From an uncultured delta proteobacterium (GTDB lineage Bacteria > Desulfobacterota > BSN033 > UBA1163), in the NCBI GenBank assembly GCA_963827685.1, contig CAWHBU010000001.1, positions 32,001 through 96,000 on the forward strand: a stretch of 64,000 nucleotides of DNA, in the 5' to 3' direction. The position numbers and the translations under genes were made by a program. Below, one piece after another: positions 38,911 to 48,741 of the stretch (position 1 is the first letter of the stretch; every line of letters starts with the position of its first letter). The notes beneath the pieces were generated by a model. It was not told the origin of the DNA and did no database searches. It saw only the letters and a program-made list of their open reading frames with translations.

Positions 38911-39327
38911 TTAGAAGATTACGCCCATTGTCTCCCCAGCGGTTTCGCTGCTCCGCCTTCTGCTTATTTGCAATGCGGTATGAATGGTTTCCAACAACTC
39001 TTCCGGTTGATATGGCTTCATGACGTAACCAGAAGCACCCAACTTGTAAGCCCTTTCCTCGCCCCCTGGAATCCCTGTGAGGAAGATGATGGGAATATGC
39101 TGGGTAGCCGTAGACTGTTTCAATCGCTCTGCGACAACAAATCCACCCCCCCCGGGTATCATGATATCGAGGATGATCAGGTCCGGGTTCTCTTTATTGG
39201 CAATCGTAAATGCTTGGACACTGTTAGAGGCTAATATGACGTGGTATCCATTCGCTTTGAGTCGAACCTTCAAAGCCTTTGCCATATCTTGTTCACCATC
39301 GACCACGAGAATTTTTTGCTTCGTCAT
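38911..39327 (-). CDS. single-domain response regulator receiver
   Basis: ILVVD, PDLIILDIM, PIIFLTG, YVMKP. Confidence 0.88.
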   Translation of the reverse strand: MTKQKILVVDGEQDMAKALKVRLKANGYHVILASNSVQAFTIANKENPDLIILDIMIPGGGGFVVAERLKQSTATQHIPIIFLTGIPGGEERAYKLGASGYVMKPYQPEELLETIHTALQISRRRSSETAGETMGVIF

Positions 39328-39785
39328 CTTGTTTTACTTCCGATCCTTCTATGGTTTCTTAACTATTCTTCCTCCTCAAAATCATCTTCAACGAAAATCT
39401 CATTGGCTTTGCAAAGAACCTTCATGTTGTCTTCATCAGTTTGAACGAACACTTGCTTCGACAATTCTTCCATCCATTGATCGAAGTTTTTCAACTTTCT
39501 TCCCCCCAGTCGTATTGAGTCCCCAGATATCTGTAGGAGCAATTTCTTTGCCAATCGGATTGAATTTGAGGAGATGGGAATAACTTCTTGAAATATATAG
39601 GAATTTATTTAAGGGCCCAGATTTTTATTGATGATTCGTTCTATGAGAGATGACACCAATTGTCACCTCAAAAGCGTTTATCGTCTTTCGTCGGGCCAGG
39701 CTATCATCTGCCTCAACTTCTTCCTCACGGATCATCTCTTCCGTGACCTTTCCCCCTGGTCCAACTGGAGAAGAAGGTGAGGGGA

Positions 39786-40718
39786 TTAGAATACCTTGGA
39801 AAAACGGAGAGAAATTTTCTTGCCTTCGGACCTGTTTTCAGCACCTGTCTCATAGAAGGCATTCAGATAGATAAAGAAACCCTTCTTTGAGAACATGAAT
39901 CCTGGGCCAATGGCAAAAACCTCCTCTTTTGAATGAGGTATCTTTCGGCTATCGACTTTGTCAGAAGTGATTTGATCCAGGTAATAGCCGGCAATGCCTG
40001 CTCTCAATCCATTCAAGATTTCGTAAGAAAAGGCATAATTAAAATGAAAAGCCTGGCCTGGCTGAACGCTGTCGGCAGCGAAGGCTTTAGGGGGATTGTG
40101 ATTCTTTGAGTTCCAGAGGTAGTGGAATCTCCAGCTCGTTTCCAATTTTGGCGTGATGAAGAGCGTGAATGCATAGTAAGGATTGAAACTATAGAGATGA
40201 CTGCCGATATTCACAGCAGAATCTTTATCATATCTGCCGGTCGGAAGAATGAAGGGAAAATCGATTCGATGAAAATAGGGCATATTGAAAATTTTATGGT
40301 CCACCCATTGGATGATAAAAGGGCTTAAGGTTAAATCACCCAGGCCACTCTGATGACCGCGAATTCCCAAATCCGTATCGAGATCAACCCTAACAGCGGG
40401 CAACAGGGCCTCAAAGCCGTAGTATCCTCCCAGGATCTTCCATTTCGTCAAATAGGCCACATGGGTAAGGCTGATCCAGTTCACCACAGAATTATCTCCA
40501 GGAATTTTTATCCCTTTGAAATCGGTGAACCTGTTGGCATGATAATATTCAATCGTCTCCTCGAGGAGAAGACCAGGGCCGGCCACACCATCCAAAAAAT
40601 TTGAATCTCCGAGATTAACAGGGGGTAACGTGACCTCCTGTCCCAATGTGGCGCAAGGGATCAGGGTGAAAACAATGAATGGTACGAGGGCGATCCTCTT
40701 GAACGAGGTCATAGCCAA
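39786..40718 (-). CDS. outer-membrane beta-barrel channel, SphA/phenol MetA-pathway family
   Basis: VNLGDSNFLDG, GLGDL, PTGRYD, QPGQAFHFNY, terminal F. Confidence 0.85.
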   Translation of the reverse strand: MAMTSFKRIALVPFIVFTLIPCATLGQEVTLPPVNLGDSNFLDGVAGPGLLLEETIEYYHANRFTDFKGIKIPGDNSVVNWISLTHVAYLTKWKILGGYYGFEALLPAVRVDLDTDLGIRGHQSGLGDLTLSPFIIQWVDHKIFNMPYFHRIDFPFILPTGRYDKDSAVNIGSHLYSFNPYYAFTLFITPKLETSWRFHYLWNSKNHNPPKAFAADSVQPGQAFHFNYAFSYEILNGLRAGIAGYYLDQITSDKVDSRKIPHSKEEVFAIGPGFMFSKKGFFIYLNAFYETGAENRSEGKKISLRFSKVF

Positions 40719-40891
40719 TGTCCATCGATAAGCAAAATGAACAGTGGGCTATCATAAGAGAAAATGAGCCATACGTCAATAGAACCGATGGCCGATCGAT
40801 CGCCTCACAAAGAATGTCACTCAACGCCTGATTAAAGAGGTAGAAAAATCTCTCCAGCGCTCTTCAGCCTTGCCGAGACCGTGAAGGGTTA

Positions 40892-41050
40892 ATGAAGCTC
40901 CCCGCCCACAGGGCGGGGCTTCACGGATAGCCGAGGCTTTCCAGCCTCGGCGGAAATGCTGGCGGGACAAGAATGTCCCGCCTATCGAAATCTGACTTGC
41001 TGCATTCATCCCCGCCCACGGGGCGGGGCATTCTGCAGCATTTTCGTAAA
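40892..41050. mobile_element. palindromic mini-element (IS200/IS605-end-like, second subtype)
   Basis: Two ccccgccc..gggcgggg hairpins ~115 bp apart. Confidence 0.55.
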
Positions 41051-41063
41051 AAAACTTTTGCGT

Positions 41064-41963
41064 TCAGTTTTTTAGGGAGTGGTGGACGCCCAGGAGAATG
41101 AGAAATCCGCCAATCATTTGCGGGAGAAAAATCGTCTCTCCCATCATGAGGGTGTTGAAAATGACAGCCCATATCGGAACGAAATAGAGGTAGAGCATTG
41201 ACTTCGTGACCCCTATCCTTCCAAGCCCTTCATACCAGAAGACATGACCTAACATTCCAGAAAATAATATAGCATAGCCCATTGACCACCAGGTTCTTTC
41301 CCAAACTTGACCCCACATAACAGGTTGGGTTGAAAAGGGGGAAGCCATCCAGAGGACCAACGAGCCGATGATCATGCAATAGCTCATCAGCCGCAAGGGA
41401 GAGTAAGTTTTTAGAAGCGGCTTGGACCAAACAGAAAAAAAGACGGCTGAACAAAAGCCTGCCATCAAGGTCAATAAATCACCTGGGAGAGTTTCTAATG
41501 AAAAATGAAGTGTGGCAGTGGGTTTCAGCATGACGAGAACCACTCCTACTAAAGCCAATAACATGCCCCAATATTGTTGTTTCCCAACAGGCTCCCTTTT
41601 AACCAAATCGATATAGAGAGTTCCTAAAAGGGGCTGGGTCGAAAGAATCAATGCAGAATTGCTCGGAGAAGTTAGATTCAGGCCAAGGGACCATAGGACC
41701 TGATATAGTCCAAGGCCGAGTCCTCCAATGACGACAACCTTTCCCAAATCTTCCTTCTGGATTCGAATTTCCTTTTCTCGCCAGAAAGTAGCGAGCAACA
41801 AGAGGGTCCCTGTGACCGTGAATCTTAAAGCTCCGAAAAGAAGTGGAGGAAGGGTGTCATAGGCTGATTTGACGATTCCAAAATTGGCGCCCCAGGTCAG
41901 AACAACGATCCCGAGGAAGAAGTGACCAATTCGAAGACTCTCATTTTGCATTTTTCTTCGCAA
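41064..41963 (-). CDS. EamA/DMT family transporter
   Basis: WGANF, LRF, ~10 TM helices. Confidence 0.9.
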   Translation of the reverse strand: MRRKMQNESLRIGHFFLGIVVLTWGANFGIVKSAYDTLPPLLFGALRFTVTGTLLLLATFWREKEIRIQKEDLGKVVVIGGLGLGLYQVLWSLGLNLTSPSNSALILSTQPLLGTLYIDLVKREPVGKQQYWGMLLALVGVVLVMLKPTATLHFSLETLPGDLLTLMAGFCSAVFFSVWSKPLLKTYSPLRLMSYCMIIGSLVLWMASPFSTQPVMWGQVWERTWWSMGYAILFSGMLGHVFWYEGLGRIGVTKSMLYLYFVPIWAVIFNTLMMGETIFLPQMIGGFLILLGVHHSLKN

Positions 41964-42011
41964 ACCTTTTAAATCAAATGAAGAACAAGAATGTTCTAAT
42001 CAACAAACCCT

Positions 42012-42494
42012 TCACGAGCCCAGTTTTTTACACAGTTCTGCCACCCGCTTTCCCAATTTTCGAGCATTTTCATTGGTTCTTTCATCAGGAGCACCCACAC
42101 ACGCCACACCGTAATGACCTGTTGCCTCCATGGGGTCTCCCACAACGATCATGCCATAAATGAGTAAACACTGGATGATTGACATCATCGTGGTCTCCTT
42201 CCCACCTGACGGATCTCCAGAAGTGGCAAAAGCAGCTCCAACCTTGTTTTCCATTTTCCTGCGGATGACCACATATTCATCAAAGACACGCTTCAGATCC
42301 CAAGCCATCGCGCCAAAATAGACTGGTGAGCCTGCGATCACACCGGCGGAATCAACAAAATCTTCTTTCTTCACCTCTTGGGTTGACTTTAAGAAAGCTT
42401 TAACACCGGAAACGGACTCGATTCCCTCTGCAATTTGCTCTGCCAGCTTTCGTGTGTTCCCTCCTTTAGAGTAATAAAGGACTAAGATTTGCAT
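42012..42494 (-). CDS. WrbA-like flavodoxin-fold NAD(P)H oxidoreductase
   Basis: YYSKGGNT, GSPVYFG, GGKETT. Confidence 0.85.
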   Translation of the reverse strand: MQILVLYYSKGGNTRKLAEQIAEGIESVSGVKAFLKSTQEVKKEDFVDSAGVIAGSPVYFGAMAWDLKRVFDEYVVIRRKMENKVGAAFATSGDPSGGKETTMMSIIQCLLIYGMIVVGDPMEATGHYGVACVGAPDERTNENARKLGKRVAELCKKLGS

Positions 42495-42605
42495 GGTTTT
42501 CCTCCTTTAAATCGGTTTTTTATTTAAATTTATCCTCAAAGATGCATCAGAAACGCGGCTGATTTAATGCAATGTCAAGGTTATCTTCAACTCCAATTCT
42601 CTCTT

Positions 42606-43268
42606 TTATTTTCTTTTCAGGATAGGATCGGAATAATAGGCAGTAACCATTTCATTGCTGTGATCTGTATCCGTTTGAATCCCGATGGCCAACACTCCAT
42701 CTGGTTCTGCACCAAAAGCAGATTTGTAATCTTTACGAAGATTCCTTTCCTCGTAGACCCATTGTCCTGTTTTGCCTTCCCCGGACTCCAGCACAAAAAC
42801 CTTGCAGTATTTCTCTCCGGGATGATCAAAGATGTGATTTTTCGGCAGATGGCTCGCCCAGATATATTCGATTCTGAATCCTGAAGGTTCTGCTCCTTCC
42901 ATGATCCTAAAACCTTTGTCTCTTCCAAAGACGACCATCACCCGAGCTGCCGCATCAAATCTGTCTTTTCTTGTTTCAATAGCAGAGCGGACCACATTGG
43001 ATATCTTCCATCTCCAGGAGAGGATAGGAAAATGCTTCTCTTTTTCTCCCACTTCCTTAAAAAGAGAAGATCGGCTTCCCAGGCTCTCGGCTTTGATGAT
43101 CCCTTTTCCTGCTTTCGAATACTGAGTGGGAGGGACAGTAAAGTAGGAGACCATCCACCAACCTTTGACTGGTGTTTTCTTTTCCTCAGGTTCCTTTGGT
43201 CCGAAGTCTCCAAAGGGAAGTTGGACAAGAATAAGAATGAGACTGAGGGGAATCAATAAATATTTCAT
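42606..43268 (-). CDS. DUF3047-type periplasmic protein
   Basis: LSWRWK, DAAARV, YIW, W..EERNL..DY..AFG, TDTD. Confidence 0.8.
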   Translation of the reverse strand: MKYLLIPLSLILILVQLPFGDFGPKEPEEKKTPVKGWWMVSYFTVPPTQYSKAGKGIIKAESLGSRSSLFKEVGEKEKHFPILSWRWKISNVVRSAIETRKDRFDAAARVMVVFGRDKGFRIMEGAEPSGFRIEYIWASHLPKNHIFDHPGEKYCKVFVLESGEGKTGQWVYEERNLRKDYKSAFGAEPDGVLAIGIQTDTDHSNEMVTAYYSDPILKRK

Positions 43269-43494
43269 TTTCTAAAAAATTCTCCCTTCCAAAGCCATTA
43301 TACATCATATTCTGATGAATGCGTTGAAAAATAGGGGGGCCCTGTCAAACCCCACTCAAACATATTGCCCCTCCGCATTCCATGGGGGAGGGTTGCCTGC
43401 CTACTGTCGGCAAGGATGGGAATGAAAATTTCTCCTTGAATTTGATCCTCTGGATAATTAACTTTCTAATGAATAAAGACAAGGAGGGCAAAAA

Positions 43495-43944
43495 GTGATC
43501 AAGGACGACAGGAATTATCACCAACGGCTGCAGGAGTTTTGTGATTGTTATTTGGAGACCGACCCTAAAAAGGAATTGGAAAAGGCCGCCCGAGGGATTT
43601 CAGGCGATCCCGGCGCCGACCTGGACGAATTGGCCCTTAAGTTTCTTGGGCTTGGAATCTTTTATGGGGCTACTGAGAAAGCCAAAAAGATCTCCATTGA
43701 GCGGTCAAAAGAGGGAGGCGTCCAATTCTCAGTGGAATCCAGAAGAAAATATCAGCTTCCTCCGCCTAGTGTCCAGGTGGCTGATCGAATCATCTCCATT
43801 GCCCGAGCCATCACGCATCTTGAAGAAGCTAAAGGAAAAGAACCGGTATCTTTTGGCTTGAGAAACGATCGATTTGATCTTACCTTTCAATTCGACCGGA
43901 AGAAAAGTGGAGAGGCGTTCTCAATCTTGTTTCCAAAACTGTAA
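43495..43944 (+). CDS. hypothetical protein
   Basis: RBS aaggagg, GTG start, 149-aa ORF. Confidence 0.7.
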   Translation: MIKDDRNYHQRLQEFCDCYLETDPKKELEKAARGISGDPGADLDELALKFLGLGIFYGATEKAKKISIERSKEGGVQFSVESRRKYQLPPPSVQVADRIISIARAITHLEEAKGKEPVSFGLRNDRFDLTFQFDRKKSGEAFSILFPKL

Positions 43945-44461
43945 GAATGCCCAATTCTTAGAGCGGGTTCTGTTCTCAGAAGTAGCCGAAGGTTACGGTG
44001 ACACAATAGCTTGCCATTTTCTCAATTTGAACGTATCTTACACAGAAATATCCAGACTATGTTACATCATGGTAAGCTCAAACCAAAATGAGTTGGGAAT
44101 AAATGGGCACTTTGGTGAGTGAAGACGAACAAACCTAATCTATGGCCTCGAAAAAGGCGTTCTTCACTCCATCCAATAACTGGAATGATCTTATCTTAAT
44201 AGAAAAGATTTCCGCGCCGGGATCGTTTAGGAAATCTGTTAAATGGGAATGCTTTTTCAAAAACTTTGTACGGATAAAATCTTTCTTGACAGGGTCGTCT
44301 ATAGTTTGAAACTCTCCACTGACAGTCAGGGCCTTTATATAAATCCGTCTTTGCCCCTTTTCCTTTTCGCGAGTATCAATCAGGAGGCTGACGGTGGGGG
44401 TATATAATTTTGTTTAATGCGCTTGGATTAATCATAGTAAAACAACAACAGGGAGACAACA

Positions 44462-45409
44462 ATGAAAAAGATTAAATTGGGCGTTAGCACCTGCTTGCTT
44501 GGCGAGAATGTCCGTTATGACGGCGGCCATAAGTTGGATCGCTTTCTAACCGATACCCTGGGACAATATGTAGAATATGTCCCTGTTTGCCCCGAGGTGG
44601 AATGCGGTCTCCCCGTTCCCAGGGAATCTATACATCTGAAGGGAGATCCAAATTCTCCTCGACTCGTGACGGTTCGCACCAAACAGGACATGACGGATCG
44701 TATGGTCAAGTGGGCACAGAAACGCGTCGCTGAACTGGAGAAAGAAGATCTTCGTGGTTTTATTTTCAAAAGCGATTCTCCAAGCAGTGGGATGGAACGG
44801 GTCAAGGTCTATAATGAAAAGGGGATGCCGGTTAAAAAGGGAGTGGAAATGTTCGCCAGGATATTTATGGATCATTTTCCGCTGCTTCCTGTTGAAGATG
44901 AGGGGCGTCTCCATGACCCGAAGCTCAGAGACAATTTCATTGAGCGAATATTCGCCCTGAAAAGGTGGCGAGAGGTTCTCGAAAGAAAGGAAAGTCGGGG
45001 AAACATCGTGGACTTCCATACGAGGCATAAATTGTTGATACTTTCACACAGCCCAAAGCATTGTCAAATGATAGGAAACTTAGTTGCCCGAGCCAAAGAC
45101 CTTTCATTAAAAGAACTCTACCAAAAATACCAGACTCTTCTCCTGGAATCCCTGGAGCTAATGACTACACCTAAGAAAAATGCAAATGTCCTTCAGCATA
45201 TGATGGGTTATTTTAGGGAACAATTGTCCTCTGATGAAAAACAGGAATTACTGGAGGTCATCGATTTCTATCGTAAGGGTTATACCCCCTTGATCGTTCC
45301 CATTACCCTCATCAATCATTACGTTCGAAAGTATGATCAGCCTTACCTCAAACAACAGGTATACTTAAATCCGCTCCCCTTAGAACTTCAATTACGAAAT
45401 CATGTCTAA
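44462..45409 (+). CDS. DUF523/DUF1722 (YbgA-family) protein
   Basis: CLLGENVRYDGGH, CPEVE, SPSSG, FHTRHK, LRNHV. Confidence 0.9.
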   Translation: MKKIKLGVSTCLLGENVRYDGGHKLDRFLTDTLGQYVEYVPVCPEVECGLPVPRESIHLKGDPNSPRLVTVRTKQDMTDRMVKWAQKRVAELEKEDLRGFIFKSDSPSSGMERVKVYNEKGMPVKKGVEMFARIFMDHFPLLPVEDEGRLHDPKLRDNFIERIFALKRWREVLERKESRGNIVDFHTRHKLLILSHSPKHCQMIGNLVARAKDLSLKELYQKYQTLLLESLELMTTPKKNANVLQHMMGYFREQLSSDEKQELLEVIDFYRKGYTPLIVPITLINHYVRKYDQPYLKQQVYLNPLPLELQLRNHV

Positions 45410-45442
45410 GGAATATTTTTTTCATATTTCTGGAATTTGTTC

Positions 45443-45471
45443 TTGACACTCCTCGCCAATTCCCCTAAATT
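45443..45471 (+). promoter_or_regulatory. sigma70-type promoter ahead of the cassette array
   Basis: TTGACA-17 bp-TAAATT. Confidence 0.6.
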
Positions 45472-45485
45472 TTATTAAAAGCCTG

Positions 45486-45509
45486 GTAACATAAAAAATA
45501 ATGTTAGCC
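45486..45509 (+). other. attI-like simple site / first core site GTTAGCC
   Basis: taacataaaaaataatGTTAGCC; core is exactly complementary to GGCTAAC at 47623. Confidence 0.5.
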
Positions 45510-45537
45510 GCTGATAGGAGACCTATTGGAGGGAACG

Positions 45538-46566
45538 ATGTCACCTGACTTATGGTCACTATATAGGCTCATGCTAAAAAGCCGCCTGTTTGAAGAGGCT
45601 GCCACCCAACTATGGAAAGATGGCTTGATTTCAGGTGAGATGCATCTCGGTACGGGCGAAGAGGCGGTTATTGCAGGCATTGTTTCTCAGTTGCGGACTG
45701 GCGACGCCATGGCCCTTGACCATCGCGGCACTTCGCCCCTGCTGATGCGCGGTGTAGACCCCGTCTTGATTTTGCGCGAGTTACTCGGCCGCCCAGACGG
45801 GTTGTGTGGCGGAAGAGGCGGACATATGCATCTATTCTCAAAAGACCACCTGGCGGCCTCGTCTGGCATCGTGGGTGCAGCGGGACCAGCTGCAGTCGGA
45901 TTCGCACTGGCAGCCCAGTATTTGCGTCCAGGAGCGATTTCTGTGGGTTTCTTCGGCGATGGGGCCATAAACCAGGGCATGTTGATGGAATCAATGAATC
46001 TGGCGTCTGTCTGGAATTTGCCAGTCCTTTTCGTCTGTAAAGACGATCAGTGGGCCATCACCACCAAATCCAGCATGATGACCGGCGGCAGCTTGAGCGA
46101 ACGGGTACGCGGCTTGGGTGTTCCTTATATCGACGTTAATGGTCTCGACGTGAACAAAGTCTGGGAGGTTGCCTATCAAGCCATCGAACGAGCCCGCTCC
46201 AGACAGGGGCCGACCTTTATCCACGCGCCATGTGTGCACCTCGAAGGTCACTTCTTGGGTTATCAACTGCTCCGAGTGACGCGCAACCCGGTTCGAGAAA
46301 TGCCTAAGATAGCAGGTCCACTTACACGGTCATTCCTGAGTCCCGGTGGAACGTCGCTGGTTGACCGTTTGGCCGGACTGAGGGTCGTCATTTCAGCTAT
46401 CCTGACCACGCTTCGCGACCCACGCCGGTATACCACTAACGATCCAGTGATGCTAACACGAGCTGCCCTGAAGTCGGACTCAGCACGCTTGAGGGAGTTA
46501 GAGAATTCCACAGAGCAAGAAATAACCAAAGTCGTTTCCTCTGCTCTGCAGGAGTGTGCGACATGA
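45538..46566 (+). CDS. TPP-dependent dehydrogenase E1 alpha (PdhA/AcoA-like)
   Basis: HLGTGEEA, GRGGHMH, GDGA..G..ESMN. Confidence 0.88.
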   Translation: MSPDLWSLYRLMLKSRLFEEAATQLWKDGLISGEMHLGTGEEAVIAGIVSQLRTGDAMALDHRGTSPLLMRGVDPVLILRELLGRPDGLCGGRGGHMHLFSKDHLAASSGIVGAAGPAAVGFALAAQYLRPGAISVGFFGDGAINQGMLMESMNLASVWNLPVLFVCKDDQWAITTKSSMMTGGSLSERVRGLGVPYIDVNGLDVNKVWEVAYQAIERARSRQGPTFIHAPCVHLEGHFLGYQLLRVTRNPVREMPKIAGPLTRSFLSPGGTSLVDRLAGLRVVISAILTTLRDPRRYTTNDPVMLTRAALKSDSARLRELENSTEQEITKVVSSALQECAT

Positions 46567-47570
46567 AAACCATGTATTTCACGGAAGCCATTGATGACGC
46601 ACTCGCCCAGGCCATGGCCCAAGATCCTCACATCATTCTCTTTGGCGAGGACGTCCCACTAATACGTCGCAATCTGCTCGTGCGTTTTGGCCCGAATCGG
46701 GTGATGGGTACGCCAATCAGCGAAAACGCCTTTCTTGGCGCAGGCGTGGCAGCCGCGATGGCCGGTTTACGACCGGTTGTCGAAGTATACATGGTTGACT
46801 TTCTCGGTGTGGCCATGGACACTCTGCTCAATCACGCTGCCAAACTTGAGAGTTTTTCGGGTGGTAAATGGACAGCACCCGTAGTGGTGCGTGCGCCCTG
46901 TGGTGGCGGTTACGGGGACGGCGGACAGCATGAGCAGTCCTTGTGGGGCTGGCTGGCTCACATCCCCGGCTTGACAGTGGTTGTACCGTCTACACCAGCC
47001 GATGCTGGCGGGCTGATGCTGGCAGCTTTGAATCACGACGGGCCGGTCATTTTTCTCGAACACAAATTGCTCTCAGAAGCCTGGTTGGAATTCCTGGGAT
47101 CGGGCGGACGGCGTACAGTACGATATGATGTCCCCGCCGAAGGGGCGCATGGTCCCGTACCCCAAAAATGGGAGCCGGTTCCCATTGGCAAAGCCGTGCT
47201 TCGACGAGCCGGAGACGACGTGACTTTGGTCAGCGTCGGCGTAGGAGTACACCGTGCTCTGGAAGCCGCAGATACTTTGAAAAAAGATGGGATTTCAACC
47301 GGGGTGATAGACTTGAGAACTATCTCACCGCTCGATAAGATGACTCTCTGTGAGGTGGTGGCTCAGACAGGCCGCTTGCTCGTGATTGACGAAGATTATC
47401 AGGGCTTTGGTCTCTCAGGCGAACTGGCGGCAGTCGTGTTAGAAGCAGGCATCCCGGTCAAATATGCCCGCGTCTGTACCCAGGTGTCTATTCCATACGC
47501 TCGTCATCTAGAAGACCAGACTCTGCCCAATGTGGAGCGTATTTGGGCTGGTGTTAAACAGCTTTTATAA
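46563..47570 (+). CDS. TPP-dependent dehydrogenase E1 beta (PdhB/AcoB-like)
   Basis: GEDV, TPISE, GLRPVVE, QH.QS, IDLRTISPLD. Confidence 0.9.
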   Translation: MKTMYFTEAIDDALAQAMAQDPHIILFGEDVPLIRRNLLVRFGPNRVMGTPISENAFLGAGVAAAMAGLRPVVEVYMVDFLGVAMDTLLNHAAKLESFSGGKWTAPVVVRAPCGGGYGDGGQHEQSLWGWLAHIPGLTVVVPSTPADAGGLMLAALNHDGPVIFLEHKLLSEAWLEFLGSGGRRTVRYDVPAEGAHGPVPQKWEPVPIGKAVLRRAGDDVTLVSVGVGVHRALEAADTLKKDGISTGVIDLRTISPLDKMTLCEVVAQTGRLLVIDEDYQGFGLSGELAAVVLEAGIPVKYARVCTQVSIPYARHLEDQTLPNVERIWAGVKQLL

Positions 47571-47622
47571 TCTTTTCTAAAAACATCCGCTCTAAAAATA
47601 TCCGCAGAAGAAGACAGCTTTG

Positions 47623-47671
47623 GGCTAACAGGAGGCCTGAACCGCTCAGCGGCTGATACGGAATGTTGGGC
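47623..47671 (+). other. degenerate attC-like site
   Basis: GGCTAAC...gcggctga...GTTGGGC. Confidence 0.6.
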
Positions 47672-47686
47672 CGAATGAAGGAGATC

Positions 47687-48208
47687 ATGATACGCAAGTG
47701 CACGGAACCGGATTTCGAGGTAATTTATGAGATCATCAACGATGCAGCGGAAGCATACAGGGGCGTCATTCCGGCTGATCGCTGGCACGAACCCTATATG
47801 TCACGCGAACAACTGATGCGGGAAATCGATGCGGGCATACAGTTCTGGGGACTTGAGGAAGATAGCGTCTTGATCGGTGTGATGGGTATACAGGACAAAG
47901 GGGATGTCACTCTCATACGCCATGCATACGTCAGATCACGGATGAGAAACCGCGGAATAGGTTCAAGGCTGTTACAATTCCTCGAGTCGACAACAGAGAA
48001 GCCGATTCTGATTGGAACGTGGGCTGATGCGACTTGGGCGATTGCATTCTACCAGAAGTACGGCTACCGACTGGTTTCGACAGAAGAGAAGAATCAAGTA
48101 CTCCGGAAGTATTGGCACATCCCTGAGCGGCAGGTTGAAACATCCGTGGTCCTTGCGGGGAAGAAGTGGAGCAGCTCAACGCACTCCGCCAGATCCGGCA
48201 TCCGCTGA
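47687..48208 (+). CDS. GNAT family N-acetyltransferase
   Basis: RHAYV..RNRGIG..LL, AIAFYQKYGY. Confidence 0.9.
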   Translation: MIRKCTEPDFEVIYEIINDAAEAYRGVIPADRWHEPYMSREQLMREIDAGIQFWGLEEDSVLIGVMGIQDKGDVTLIRHAYVRSRMRNRGIGSRLLQFLESTTEKPILIGTWADATWAIAFYQKYGYRLVSTEEKNQVLRKYWHIPERQVETSVVLAGKKWSSSTHSARSGIR

Positions 48209-48223
48209 TTTTCAACATTACAG
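48174..48223 (+). other. degenerate attC-like site
   Basis: GCTCAAC (6/7 complementary to GTTGGGC)...ccgctgattttcaac-ATTACAG. Confidence 0.45.
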
Positions 48224-48229
48224 CAACAA

Positions 48230-48697
48230 ATGGACATAACGTTTCTCAAACAACACATTGATAGCATTCCACTCATCGCTGAGTGGTACTACAGAGAGTG
48301 GAAGGCCATTTATGAGGCGTCAGGGATGTCTCTTGAGGATGTGAAGAAATCCGTTGCAGAGCGGGCAAACACGGACAGGATTCCGCTTGCAGTCGTGGCG
48401 CTTGATGGCGGACATGTTATCGGTACCGGCTGTCTCAAAGTCCGTGACATGGATACCCGAACAGAACTGACACCGTGGTTGGCTGGTATCTACGTTGAGA
48501 GGAATCAAAGGCAAAGAGGTCTCGGATCGACAATTGTCAGCACCCTCGAGGGGATTGCCAGGAACCTCGGCACTCAGAGGCTCTATCTATATACACCACA
48601 GTCAGTCGGATTCTACGCGAGACTAGGTTGGGCTGAATATGAGAGAATTACTTACAAAGGACAGAGTGTGACGATTATGGAAAAGATACTGGGCTAA
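48230..48697 (+). CDS. GNAT family N-acetyltransferase
   Basis: PWLAGIYV..RQRGLG, LYLYT, FYARLGW. Confidence 0.9.
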   Translation: MDITFLKQHIDSIPLIAEWYYREWKAIYEASGMSLEDVKKSVAERANTDRIPLAVVALDGGHVIGTGCLKVRDMDTRTELTPWLAGIYVERNQRQRGLGSTIVSTLEGIARNLGTQRLYLYTPQSVGFYARLGWAEYERITYKGQSVTIMEKILG

Positions 48698-48735
48698 CCA
48701 ACAGGGTGGAGCTTATGATGAATCTGCCGTTCGGC
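48692..48735 (+). other. internally deleted attC-like site
   Basis: GGCTAAC overlaps the stop codon; GTTCGGC lies just before the next start. Confidence 0.55.
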
Positions 48736-48741
48736 TAATAA

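Noticed and set aside
39363-39554. 63-aa acidic-tailed ORF
   Set aside because: Looks like the C-terminal remnant of a lost gene; no family or credible start could be assigned
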